DNA of 64,000 nt. It comes from Rhodospirillales bacterium (GTDB lineage Bacteria; Pseudomonadota; Alphaproteobacteria; Acetobacterales; Acetobacteraceae). The translations under genes were made by a program, and so were the position numbers. Shown piece after piece: positions 35,622-44,533 of the stretch. The notes under the pieces are model-generated. The model was not told the origin of the DNA. It did no database searches and saw nothing but the letters and a program-made list of their open reading frames with translations. The stretch covers positions 15,331-79,330 of the forward strand of contig JBBIQA010000001.1 in assembly GCA_037442565.1 (NCBI GenBank), written 5' to 3'. The first letter of the stretch is position 1; every line of letters starts with the position of its first letter.

Positions 35622-36848
35622 ATGAAGTTCCTGCTGGTTCATCAGAACTTCCCCGGGCAGTTCCTGCACCTCGTTCGCCACCTGGCGAAAGCGAAGACGC
35701 ATGAGGTCGTGTTCCTGTCGGAACCGAACCCCAACGTGATCTCCGGCGTGCGCAAGGTGCCCTACCGCAAGCCGCCGCCGGTTTCACCCGAAACCCACTG
35801 GGCGGCGCGGGAATTCGATGCCGCGATGCGCCGGGCGGAAATGGTCGCGCAGACCGCCGGCAACCTGAAGCAGCTCGGCTTCACTCCGGACATCATCATC
35901 GGCCATCACGGCTGGGGCGAGATGCTCAACCTGCCGGATGTCTGGCCCGACGCGCCGATGCTCGGCTACATGGAATTCTATTACCATACCGACGGTGTCG
36001 ATGTCGGGTTCGACACCGAATTCCCGATCCCGGTTGCCGAATTTCCCCGCATCCGGGCCAAGAACGCCGTCAACCATCTGGCCCTGAACCTTGGCCAGCA
36101 CGGCCAGACACCCACGCGATGGCAGCGTTCCACCTATCCGGACTGGGCGCATGAGCAGATCCACCTGCTGCCCGAGGGCGTGGATCTCGCGGCCTGCGCG
36201 CCCAGCGCCAAGGCCCGCAAGGCGCGGCTGAAGATCGGCGGCACGACGATCGGCCCGCAGGAAAAGCTGGTGACCTATGTCGCGCGCGACCTGGAACCGT
36301 ATCGCGGCTTCCACGTCCTGATGCGAACGCTGCCGCTGCTGCTGAAGGCGCGCAAGGATCTGCGCGTGGTCATCGTCGGCGGCGACGGCGTCAGCTACGG
36401 CGCCGCGCCGGCCAGCGGCACCTGGCGTGAAACCATGCTGGCCGAGCTTGGCGGCAAGATCGACCTCAGTCGCGTCGTTTTCCCCGGCCGGGTCGACTAC
36501 GCAACGTACCTGGCCCTGCTGAAGCGCTCGGACGCGCATGTCTACCTCACCTACCCCTTCGTCGCCTCCTGGTCGCTACGCGAGGCTCTGGCGAGCGGTT
36601 GCGCCGTGGTCGGCTCCGACACCGAGCCGGTGCGCGAGTTCGTCACCCATGGCGTCAACGGCCTGCTCGTGCCGTTCTTCGACACCAAGGCCCTGGCCCG
36701 CCAGATCCTGAAGGTGATCGAGGACGACGCCCTGTCCAAGCGGCTTCGTGCCGGGGCCCGGCGCTACGCCGAGGCGCATCTGGCCATGGACGACTACATT
36801 CGCGACTATGAGGCGCTGATCGCCCGTATCATCGCGCCGAACGAATGA
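35622..36848 (+). CDS. Glycosyltransferase family 4 (GT-B, retaining type)
   Basis: MKFLLVHQNFPGQF N-terminus typical of a GT4 subgroup. The C-terminal half has PFVASWSLREALASGCAVVGSD (E-x7-E region). Confidence 0.88.
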   Translation: MKFLLVHQNFPGQFLHLVRHLAKAKTHEVVFLSEPNPNVISGVRKVPYRKPPPVSPETHWAAREFDAAMRRAEMVAQTAGNLKQLGFTPDIIIGHHGWGEMLNLPDVWPDAPMLGYMEFYYHTDGVDVGFDTEFPIPVAEFPRIRAKNAVNHLALNLGQHGQTPTRWQRSTYPDWAHEQIHLLPEGVDLAACAPSAKARKARLKIGGTTIGPQEKLVTYVARDLEPYRGFHVLMRTLPLLLKARKDLRVVIVGGDGVSYGAAPASGTWRETMLAELGGKIDLSRVVFPGRVDYATYLALLKRSDAHVYLTYPFVASWSLREALASGCAVVGSDTEPVREFVTHGVNGLLVPFFDTKALARQILKVIEDDALSKRLRAGARRYAEAHLAMDDYIRDYEALIARIIAPNE

Positions 36849-36988
36849 CCCTGCCAGGATACCGCCGGGCAAGGCTGGCCATTGAGCAAAGCCGGCCATT
36901 GATTAGTCCGGATTGATCTGGCGCAATGCCGGGGATCGCGGATAAGGCGCTATCCTAGAAACAGAAACAGGCCCCGAGGGAGAATTCG

Positions 36989-37843
36989 ATGCCGTACAAG
37001 GATATTCTGGTCCACCTGGACGACACGCCGCGCAGCTCCATCCGGCTCGACCTCGCGGTTCGGCTGGCGGCCGTCAGCGGGGCGCACCTGAGCGGGGTTC
37101 ACGCCATCAACCTCCCGGCCGCCTCGATGTTCTACGGCTATTCCATGACCGTCGCCTCGCCCGGCCCGGAAGACCTGATCGAGACGCTGCGGCAGGAGGC
37201 GCTGGAGCGGATCGCCCCGATCGAGGCAGCGTTTCGCGAGCGCATCCGTCAGGAAGGGCTCGACGGCGAGTGGCGCGTGGTGGAAGGCGACCCCGCCGCG
37301 ATGGTGGCGTTGCACGCGCGCTACGCCGATCTGGCCATCGTCGGCCAGCCCAACCGCCACGAACCGCAATCGGACGGCAGCGACCACATTCCGGTATCGG
37401 TGCTGATGTCGGCCGGCCGGCCCGCGCTGGTGGTTCCGTATGCCGGCAAGTTCGACACGATCACCAGACATGTCCTGGTCGCCTGGAACGCCAGCCGCGA
37501 AGCCGCCCGCGCCGTCAACGACGCGCTGCCGCTGCTGAAGGCGGCACAGAAGGTGACGGTGCTGTCGATCAACCCGGAAACCGGCATCGACGGGCACGGC
37601 GACGTTCCCTCGGCCGACATCTCGCTGCACCTGGCGCGCCACGGCGTGAAGACGGAAGCCGCGCACACCGTCGCGCGGGACATTCCGGACGGCGAGGCGC
37701 TGCTGTCCTATGCCTCCGACATCGGCGCCGAACTGATCGTCGCCGGCGCCTACGGCCATTCGCGCATGCGCGAACTGGCCTTCGGCGGCGTCACCCGCAC
37801 GCTGCTGACGGAAATGACCGTGCCGGTGCTGTTCTCGCACTGA
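36989..37843 (+). CDS. Universal stress protein (tandem UspA domains)
   Basis: Two USP modules (MPYKDILVHLDD... and ...HVLVAWNASREAARAV...AELIVAGAYGHSRMRELAFGGVTRTLL). GGGAGA Shine-Dalgarno. Confidence 0.9.
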   Translation: MPYKDILVHLDDTPRSSIRLDLAVRLAAVSGAHLSGVHAINLPAASMFYGYSMTVASPGPEDLIETLRQEALERIAPIEAAFRERIRQEGLDGEWRVVEGDPAAMVALHARYADLAIVGQPNRHEPQSDGSDHIPVSVLMSAGRPALVVPYAGKFDTITRHVLVAWNASREAARAVNDALPLLKAAQKVTVLSINPETGIDGHGDVPSADISLHLARHGVKTEAAHTVARDIPDGEALLSYASDIGAELIVAGAYGHSRMRELAFGGVTRTLLTEMTVPVLFSH

Positions 37844-37932
37844 CCGATCGAAGGCAATGCGGCCGGAACGATCCCCGGCCGGCGGGCGGCAGACGAGCGG
37901 TGATCGAGGACCGGTGATCGGGAGGAAACACG

Positions 37933-38718
37933 ATGGATCTAGGCCTGTCCGGAAAAGTCGCGCTCATCACTGGCGCCAGCCGCGGGATCGGCGAGGCCAT
38001 CGCCATCGAACTGGCGCGCGAAGGCGTCGATGTCTGCCTGGCCGCGCGTGACGAGGCGAGGCTGAACCAGGTCGCCGCCGCCATCGGCGCGCAATCCCAG
38101 GTCGGCACGCTGGTCTACGCCGGCGATTTCCGCGATCCATCCGTTCCGCAGGACGCCATCGCCCGCTGCGTCGCCCGCTTCGGACGGCTGGACATCCTGG
38201 TCAACAACGCCGGCGCCACCAAGCGCGGCGATTTCCTGAAACTAACCGACGATGACTGGCAGGACGGCTACGCCCTGAAATTCCACGGCTATGTCCGCAT
38301 GACCCGCGCCGCCTGGCCGCATCTGCGCGACAGCCGCGGCGCGATCATCAACATCGCCGGCATCGGCGCGCGGGCGGGATCGGAGGAATTCACCATCGGC
38401 GGCTCGGTGAATGCCGCCATTCTGTATTTCACCAAGGCGATGGCCGATCGCGGCGTTGGCGACGGCGTGCGGGTGAACGCCATCAACCCCGGCCACATCG
38501 CCACCGAGAGGCTGGTGCGCAATTTCGACCGTATCGCCGCCGACCAGGGTATCTCTCGTGATCAGGCAGCGGATCGGTTGCTGGAGGCTTGCCGCACGGA
38601 ACGCTTCGGCCGGCCGGACGAGATCGCCGCCATGACCGCGTTCCTGGCGTCGGGACAGGCGTCGTTCGTGCAGGGGGCGCTGATCGATGTGGATGGCGGA
38701 GAGACGCGTTCCCTTTAA
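37933..38718 (+). CDS. SDR family oxidoreductase
   Basis: TGASRGIGEAIA and NNAG motifs, with typical length. GGGAGGA Shine-Dalgarno. Confidence 0.9.
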   Translation: MDLGLSGKVALITGASRGIGEAIAIELAREGVDVCLAARDEARLNQVAAAIGAQSQVGTLVYAGDFRDPSVPQDAIARCVARFGRLDILVNNAGATKRGDFLKLTDDDWQDGYALKFHGYVRMTRAAWPHLRDSRGAIINIAGIGARAGSEEFTIGGSVNAAILYFTKAMADRGVGDGVRVNAINPGHIATERLVRNFDRIAADQGISRDQAADRLLEACRTERFGRPDEIAAMTAFLASGQASFVQGALIDVDGGETRSL

Positions 38719-38746
38719 GGCAAGGCCAGCTTAAGGCAAGGCCAGC
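38715..38746. repeat. Perfect 16-bp tandem duplication carrying the stop codons of two convergent genes
   Basis: ttaaggcaaggccagc occurs at 38715-38730 and again at 38731-38746. Confidence 0.95.
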
Positions 38747-39780
38747 GGCGCGATCCGATAGGCGCGCGCGGCGGTGCCGCTGAACAGATCGGCCTTCTCG
38801 CCTTCCGACATGCCGGCGGCGATGATCTTGAAGGCGTTCCAGACCACCTGATAGCTGCACCAGCGCCGCTGCACCGGGAAGTTGCTCTCGAACATGCCGC
38901 GCCGCGGCCCGAACGCCTCGATGCAGGTTTCCAGATATGGCCGCCAGGCTGCCGCCACCTCCTCGGACGATGGCGGCATCTCCCGGTCATAGGTGCCGCC
39001 AGGCAGCCGGATCGGCAGCGCGCCCAGCTTCACCACCACGTTCGGATGCTTCGCCACGTCGAAAATCGCCGCCTTCCAATCGGCGAACACCGCATCGCGC
39101 CGTCCGGCATACGGCCCGCCCAGGATCGGGCTGCCGACATGGTTCAGAATGATCGTCATGTCCGGAAACGCCGCCGCAAGTTCGGAGATATCCGACAGCT
39201 GCGGATGATACAGCCAGGCATCGAAGGACAGTCCCATGCGGTGCAGCACGCTCATCGCCGCGCGCACCTGCGGATGCGCCAGGCGGTGCGCCTCGGGCAC
39301 GATGGAGCGGATCTTCTCGCTCGCATCCCAGCCGGTGGAATACCGCACGCCGCGGAACCGCCCGCCCCCGGCACGGATATGCGCCTCCAGCACCGGCTCC
39401 ACGGCCGCGCCCAGCATCATGTCCACGCCGCCGAAGATCGCCGCGCAGGCGCGCGACGGCCCGAACCCGCCGCTCTCGCTCATCGCCGCCACGCCGCAGA
39501 CGAACTCGGTCTCCCCCACCGGGCGCATCTCCACCGGTCCCTGCGCGCGATACATCGAGTGGCACTCGGCGAATACCGTGTGGGTGATCTTGTGGCCGCT
39601 GTACAGATCCGCCAGCAGTTCCGGCATCAGATACGGCTCGCCATCGCGGATCCACAGATGATGGTGGGGATCGATGATCGGCAGATCCGGCTCCAGGATC
39701 GCCTCGTTGCGGCGCGACAGCCATGCGTCGGTCGCGCTGATCGGATGGCTCTGGCTCACGACATTCGCTCCTTCCCCCAT
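38731..39780 (-). CDS. Amidohydrolase family protein (amidohydrolase-2 / metal-dependent hydrolase)
   Basis: IIDPHHHLW metal-binding H-x-H motif near the N-terminus and a TIM-barrel amidohydrolase pattern. Start is either the ATG at 39780 or the GTG at 39759, which has a GGAG Shine-Dalgarno. The 433-aa ORF was trimmed. Confidence 0.85.
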   Translation of the reverse strand: MGEGANVVSQSHPISATDAWLSRRNEAILEPDLPIIDPHHHLWIRDGEPYLMPELLADLYSGHKITHTVFAECHSMYRAQGPVEMRPVGETEFVCGVAAMSESGGFGPSRACAAIFGGVDMMLGAAVEPVLEAHIRAGGGRFRGVRYSTGWDASEKIRSIVPEAHRLAHPQVRAAMSVLHRMGLSFDAWLYHPQLSDISELAAAFPDMTIILNHVGSPILGGPYAGRRDAVFADWKAAIFDVAKHPNVVVKLGALPIRLPGGTYDREMPPSSEEVAAAWRPYLETCIEAFGPRRGMFESNFPVQRRWCSYQVVWNAFKIIAAGMSEGEKADLFSGTAARAYRIAPLALP

Positions 39781-39914
39781 TGCCGGGCGGGTTTCCCCCG
39801 CCTCGGCCGAAGGAAGGATAGCCAGCCGTCCGGCAAAAGCCAGCCTCCCCTCAGCCCATTCGACACCACCGCCGCGTGGCGCCATGATCCCGGTAACGCT
39901 TCGGAGGAACCACC

Positions 39915-41513
39915 ATGAACGATGCCGCACCCGGCGGGACCGGCCGCCCGCCTTCCCGCCCCGCGACCGACCCGATTGTCGAAACCACAACGGGAAAACT
40001 GCGCGGCGCCGACGAGGCCGGCATCCTCGCATTCCGTGGCATCCCCTATGGCGCGTCCACCGCCGGGCGCAACCGCTTCCTGCCGCCGCAGCCCGCCCAG
40101 CCCTGGGCCGGCGTGCGCGATGCGCTGCACTACCAGGGCCACGCGCCGCAGGCGCTCGACGGCGTCAGCCGCCGCCCGGAGATGGCCGATTTCTCCGGCG
40201 CCCCGGACACCACGCCGGAAGGCGAGGACTGCCTGACGCTGAACCTGTGGACCCCAGGCACATCCGGCAAGCGCCCGGTGATGGTCTGGTTTCACGGCGG
40301 CGCCTTCTCCTACGGCTCGGCCAATTCGCGGCGCACCCAGGGCAACTCGCTCTGCCGCCGCGGCGATGTGGTGGTCGTCACCGTCAACCAGCGCCTGAAT
40401 ATCTTCGGCCATCTGTATCTGGCGGAAATCGGCGGTCCCGAATTCGCCGGTTCGGGCAATGCCGGCACGCTGGACATGCTCGCCGCCCTGCACTGGGTTC
40501 GTGACAACATCGCTTCATTCGGCGGCGATCCCGCCAACGTCACGATCTTTGGCGAGTCCGGCGGTGGCGCCAAGGTCAGCACCCTGATGGCGATGCCGGC
40601 CGCGCAGGGCCTGTTCCACCGCGCCATCATCCAAAGCGGCGCCGCGGTGCGCCTGATCGACCGGGACCGCGCCAGCCGCCTGGCCGAGGCCGTGCTGAAG
40701 GTCCTCGGCCTCCGCGCCGGCCAGTTGCCCGAACTGCAGATGCTGCCCATCCCGCGACTCCTCGCCGCCATCGCGCCGGCCTCCAAGGCCATCGGCCCGA
40801 CCGAGCACAAACTGTTCGACCGCTACAATTTCGGCCCGGTGGTCGATGGGCGCATCGTGCCGTGCCAGCCCTTCGACCCGATCGCCCCGGACATTTCGAC
40901 AAACATCCCGCTGATGATCGGCGACATGAAGGACGAGATGGCGATCTTCCTGGCGCCGGACGACAAGGTCTGGCACCGCACCCTGAGCGAGACGGAAATG
41001 CGCGCCCGCGTGGCCGCCGTCGCCGGAGCCGATACGGACCGCGTGATCGAACTGTACAAGCGCCTGCATCCCGCAACCAATCCGGCCGAGTTGCTGATCG
41101 CCATCCTGACGGATTCCAATTTCCGCATCCGCTCGCTCACCCTGGCCCAGCGCAAGGCCGTCCAAGGCGGCGCCCCGGTTTACATGTACGCCTTCAACTG
41201 GGAGACGCCGGTGCATGGCGGGCGGCTGAAGGCGCCGCATGCGATGGACGTTCCCTTCACCTTCGACACGCTGGATCATGTCGGCTCCACGGACCGCAGC
41301 CCGGAAGCGCACGAACTGGCCGCCCGGATGTCCACCACCTGGGCCGCCTTCGCGCGCAACGGCACGCCGGACAATGCGGCCATCCCGCACTGGCCCGCCT
41401 ACGACACCCGCACGCGCGAAACGATGATCCTGGACACCAATTGGTCCGTCATCGCCGACCCCAACCGGGAAACCCGCCTGCTCTGGCAAGACATCACTCA
41501 AACGCAGGCATAA
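39915..41513 (+). CDS. Carboxylesterase/lipase family protein (type B, para-nitrobenzyl esterase-like)
   Basis: GKLRG...FRGIPYGAS, EDCLTLNLWTP and the nucleophile elbow FGESGGG. Confidence 0.92.
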   Translation: MNDAAPGGTGRPPSRPATDPIVETTTGKLRGADEAGILAFRGIPYGASTAGRNRFLPPQPAQPWAGVRDALHYQGHAPQALDGVSRRPEMADFSGAPDTTPEGEDCLTLNLWTPGTSGKRPVMVWFHGGAFSYGSANSRRTQGNSLCRRGDVVVVTVNQRLNIFGHLYLAEIGGPEFAGSGNAGTLDMLAALHWVRDNIASFGGDPANVTIFGESGGGAKVSTLMAMPAAQGLFHRAIIQSGAAVRLIDRDRASRLAEAVLKVLGLRAGQLPELQMLPIPRLLAAIAPASKAIGPTEHKLFDRYNFGPVVDGRIVPCQPFDPIAPDISTNIPLMIGDMKDEMAIFLAPDDKVWHRTLSETEMRARVAAVAGADTDRVIELYKRLHPATNPAELLIAILTDSNFRIRSLTLAQRKAVQGGAPVYMYAFNWETPVHGGRLKAPHAMDVPFTFDTLDHVGSTDRSPEAHELAARMSTTWAAFARNGTPDNAAIPHWPAYDTRTRETMILDTNWSVIADPNRETRLLWQDITQTQA

Positions 41514-41516
41514 ATC

Positions 41517-42545
41517 ATGAACGCCCCCATCAATCGTCGCATCGTCCTCGCATCCCGCCCCACCGGCCGCCCGACGGCGGCCAACTTCCGCACGGTCAGC
41601 AGCGAGGTTCCCGAACCCGGCCCCGGCGAAGTGCTCACCCGGACGCTCTGGCTCTCCCTCGCGCCCTACATGTTCTGGCGCATGCGCGACGAGAAATCCT
41701 ACGCCCCGCCGGTGGGACTCGGTGAAATGATGGTCGGCGGAACCGTCGGCCAGGTCATCGCGTCCAATCATCCGGGCCTGAAGGAAGGCGACCTCGTGCT
41801 CGGCCAGGGCGGCTGGCAGGACTATGCCGTGCTGCCCGGCGCCGGCGTGCAGAAGATCGACCCCGCCTGGGGCCCAAGCTCGCTCAGCCTCAACGTGCTC
41901 GGCGGCAACGGCCTCACCGCCTATGCCGGCCTGCTCGACATCGGCAAGCCGCAGCCGGGGGAAACGGTCGTGGTCGCCGCGGCATCCGGTGGCGTCGGTT
42001 CCCTCGTCGGCCAGATCGCCCGCATCAAGGGAGCGCGCGCCATCGGCATCGCCGGCGGGCCGGACAAATGCGCCTTCGTGCGCAACGAACTCGGCTTCGA
42101 TTCCTGCCTCGACCATCGCAGCCCCAGCTTCGCCGCCGATCTCGCCGCCGCCTGTCCGAACGGCATCGATGTGTATTTCGAGAATGTCGGCGGACCTGTC
42201 TTCGAGGCGGTGCTGCCGCTGCTCAACGATTTCGCCCGCATGCCGGTCTGCGGCCTGATCTCGCAATACACCGCCACCGAATTGCCCGCCGGTCCCAACC
42301 AGGTGCCCGCCTTGATGCGAGCGATCCTCACCAAGCGTCTGGCGATCCGCGGCTTCATCTCCAGCGACTACGCTTTCATGCGCGACGCCTTCTTCAAGGA
42401 CACGCTGGAATGGCTCCGCGCCGGCAGGCTGCGCTACCGCGAGGACATCACCGACGGGCTGGAGAACGCGCCGGCCGCGCTGATCTCGATGCTGGACGGC
42501 AAGAATTTCGGCAAGGTGCTGGTCCGGGTAAACCCCGAACCGTAG
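41517..42545 (+). CDS. NADP-dependent oxidoreductase (medium-chain dehydrogenase, YncB/alkenal reductase-like)
   Basis: Rossmann motif AAASGGVGSLVGQIAR, C-terminal GKNFGKVLVRV, and a length of 342 aa. Confidence 0.9.
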   Translation: MNAPINRRIVLASRPTGRPTAANFRTVSSEVPEPGPGEVLTRTLWLSLAPYMFWRMRDEKSYAPPVGLGEMMVGGTVGQVIASNHPGLKEGDLVLGQGGWQDYAVLPGAGVQKIDPAWGPSSLSLNVLGGNGLTAYAGLLDIGKPQPGETVVVAAASGGVGSLVGQIARIKGARAIGIAGGPDKCAFVRNELGFDSCLDHRSPSFAADLAAACPNGIDVYFENVGGPVFEAVLPLLNDFARMPVCGLISQYTATELPAGPNQVPALMRAILTKRLAIRGFISSDYAFMRDAFFKDTLEWLRAGRLRYREDITDGLENAPAALISMLDGKNFGKVLVRVNPEP

Positions 42546-42706
42546 GCCCTAGCCAACAATGCAAGGATTGGTCACATTGCGTGGGTGACTCGGCGCAAAG
42601 CCGAGCAAGCAACGAATGGGGGAGGCACCGATAGCGATTCCGCACATGCGACACGTGCGCCGATGCGCCCGGCCGGGCATCCGTTTGGCAGGCGGCTAAC
42701 GAAGCG

Positions 42707-43582
42707 ATGGATTTCTCCTTCGATTTGTTCGGCAACGCCATCCTGTCAGGCCTGCTGCTCGGCGGTTTCTACGCGGCGGTAACGATCGGCGTGGCAATCT
42801 CGTTCGGCATGCTGGACATCGTCAACATCGCCCACCCGGCCTTCATCGTCCTCGGCTCCTACATCGCCTACACCGCAAATACACTGCTCGGCGTGGACCC
42901 GATCCTGGCCAGCCTGGTCGCGATGCCGGCGTTCTACCTGCTGGGGATCGGCATCTACCAGATCTACCACGTTTCGTTCGAACGACGAGGCGACGAGGCG
43001 CTGCGCGGCCTCGCCTTCTTCTTCGGCCTGCTGTTCATCACCGAGGTCGCGCTGGTGCTCATCTTCGGCGTCGATTACCGCCTGGTCGACGCGGTCTATA
43101 TCGGCCCGAGCATCCATATCGGCCCGATCGAGCTGCCGCTGCGCCTGCTGGTGCCGTTCGTGGTTTCGCTGGGGCTGATCGGGCTGTTGCAGGTGTTCCT
43201 GTCGCGCAGCTTCCTCGGCCGCGCCATCCTCGCCGTGGCGCAGGACCAGGGGGCGCTGCGGCTGATGGGTGCGGACCCGATCCGCATCAAGCGCATCGCC
43301 TTCGGCATCTCCATCGCCACCGCCTCGGTCGCCGGGGCCATCCTGATCGTCATCCAGCCGGTCGAGCCATCCATCGCGCGCGACTATATCGGCCGCATCT
43401 TCGCCATCTGCGTCATGGGCGGCCTTGGCAGCTTTCCCGGCATGGTGGTCGCCGCCCTCGCGCTCGGCATCGTCGAAAGCCTGACCTCCACCTTCTACGG
43501 CCCGTCCTGGACCCCCGCGGTCGGCTTCGGCTTCCTGCTGCTGACGCTGGCCGTGCGCCCCGCCGGCATCTTCGGGCGCTGA
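42707..43582 (+). CDS. Branched-chain amino acid-type ABC transporter permease (LivH-like)
   Basis: LivH-type N-terminus (NAILSGLLLGGFYAAVTIGVAISFGMLDIVNIAH) with 8 TM helices. Confidence 0.9.
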   Translation: MDFSFDLFGNAILSGLLLGGFYAAVTIGVAISFGMLDIVNIAHPAFIVLGSYIAYTANTLLGVDPILASLVAMPAFYLLGIGIYQIYHVSFERRGDEALRGLAFFFGLLFITEVALVLIFGVDYRLVDAVYIGPSIHIGPIELPLRLLVPFVVSLGLIGLLQVFLSRSFLGRAILAVAQDQGALRLMGADPIRIKRIAFGISIATASVAGAILIVIQPVEPSIARDYIGRIFAICVMGGLGSFPGMVVAALALGIVESLTSTFYGPSWTPAVGFGFLLLTLAVRPAGIFGR

Positions 43583-43585
43583 CGC

Positions 43586-44533
43586 ATGCGCGCCTTGCCC
43601 TTTCTGCTGATCGCCATGCTGGTCGCCGCCGCCACCTTCGGCGGCGCCAGGCTCGCGGGTAATTCCTATGTGTTCTTCGCCGGCTACGTGGTGCTGCAAT
43701 ACATCGTGCTCGCCACCGCCTGGAACATCCTGGGCGGCTACACCGGCTACGTTAATTTCGGCACCGCTGCCTTCCTCGCCCTCGGCGCCTACAGCACCGT
43801 TGTTGTTCACAAGACCATGCCGGTGCCCATTCCGGTGCTGATCGTGATCGGCGGCCTGGTCTCGGGGATGGTCGGCCTCGGCATGGGCTACCTCACGCTG
43901 CGCCTGCGCGGCTCGTTCTTTTCCATCGCCACGCTGGCCCTGTCGGTCGTTGTGCAGACCCTGATCATCAACTGGGATTTCGTCGGCGGCTCGCGCGGCG
44001 CCTACATCCTGCGCCCGCGCGCCACCCAGTATTTCGCCATGGACTACGTTGAATACCTGTTCCTGGTCATGCTCGCCCTGGCGGTGATCGCGGTGTTCAC
44101 CGCCCGCTGCATCGAGCGTTCGCGCCTCGGCTACGGTTTCGCCGCGATCCGCGACGACGAGGCCGCCGCCGAGGCCGCGGGCGTGCCCACCCTGAAACTG
44201 AAGCTGCTGGCCACCACGCTGTCCGGCGCCTTCATGGGAATGGCCGGCGCCCCCCTGCCCTATTACGTGACCTATCTCGACCCCGCCTCCGGCTTCAGCC
44301 TGGCCTATGCGGTGAACGCCATCGCCATGCCGCTGATCGGCGGCACCGCGAGCTGGCTCGGCCCCGTCATCGGCGCCGTGCTGCTGGGCACGCTGCAGCA
44401 GGTCGCCACCGTCACGATCTCCTCCGCGCTCAATCTGCTGATCGTCGGCGTGGTGCTGGTCGCCTTCGTCGTCATCGCGCCGAACGGCCTGATCGGCCTG
44501 GTCCGCGGCAAGGGACGGGGGATGAGGCGGTGA
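43586..44533 (+). CDS. Branched-chain amino acid-type ABC transporter permease (LivM-like)
   Basis: LivM pattern (LATAWNILGGYTGYVNFGTAAF, LRLRGSFFSIATLAL). Confidence 0.9.
   Translation: MRALPFLLIAMLVAAATFGGARLAGNSYVFFAGYVVLQYIVLATAWNILGGYTGYVNFGTAAFLALGAYSTVVVHKTMPVPIPVLIVIGGLVSGMVGLGMGYLTLRLRGSFFSIATLALSVVVQTLIINWDFVGGSRGAYILRPRATQYFAMDYVEYLFLVMLALAVIAVFTARCIERSRLGYGFAAIRDDEAAAEAAGVPTLKLKLLATTLSGAFMGMAGAPLPYYVTYLDPASGFSLAYAVNAIAMPLIGGTASWLGPVIGAVLLGTLQQVATVTISSALNLLIVGVVLVAFVVIAPNGLIGLVRGKGRGMRR

Noticed and set aside
25172-36988. The secretion/glycosyltransferase cluster as a mobile genomic island
   Set aside because: There is no integrase, transposase, flanking tRNA or flanking direct repeats. 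Codon and GC character look the same as in neighbouring genes. Horizontal origin cannot be excluded, but nothing in the window supports it.
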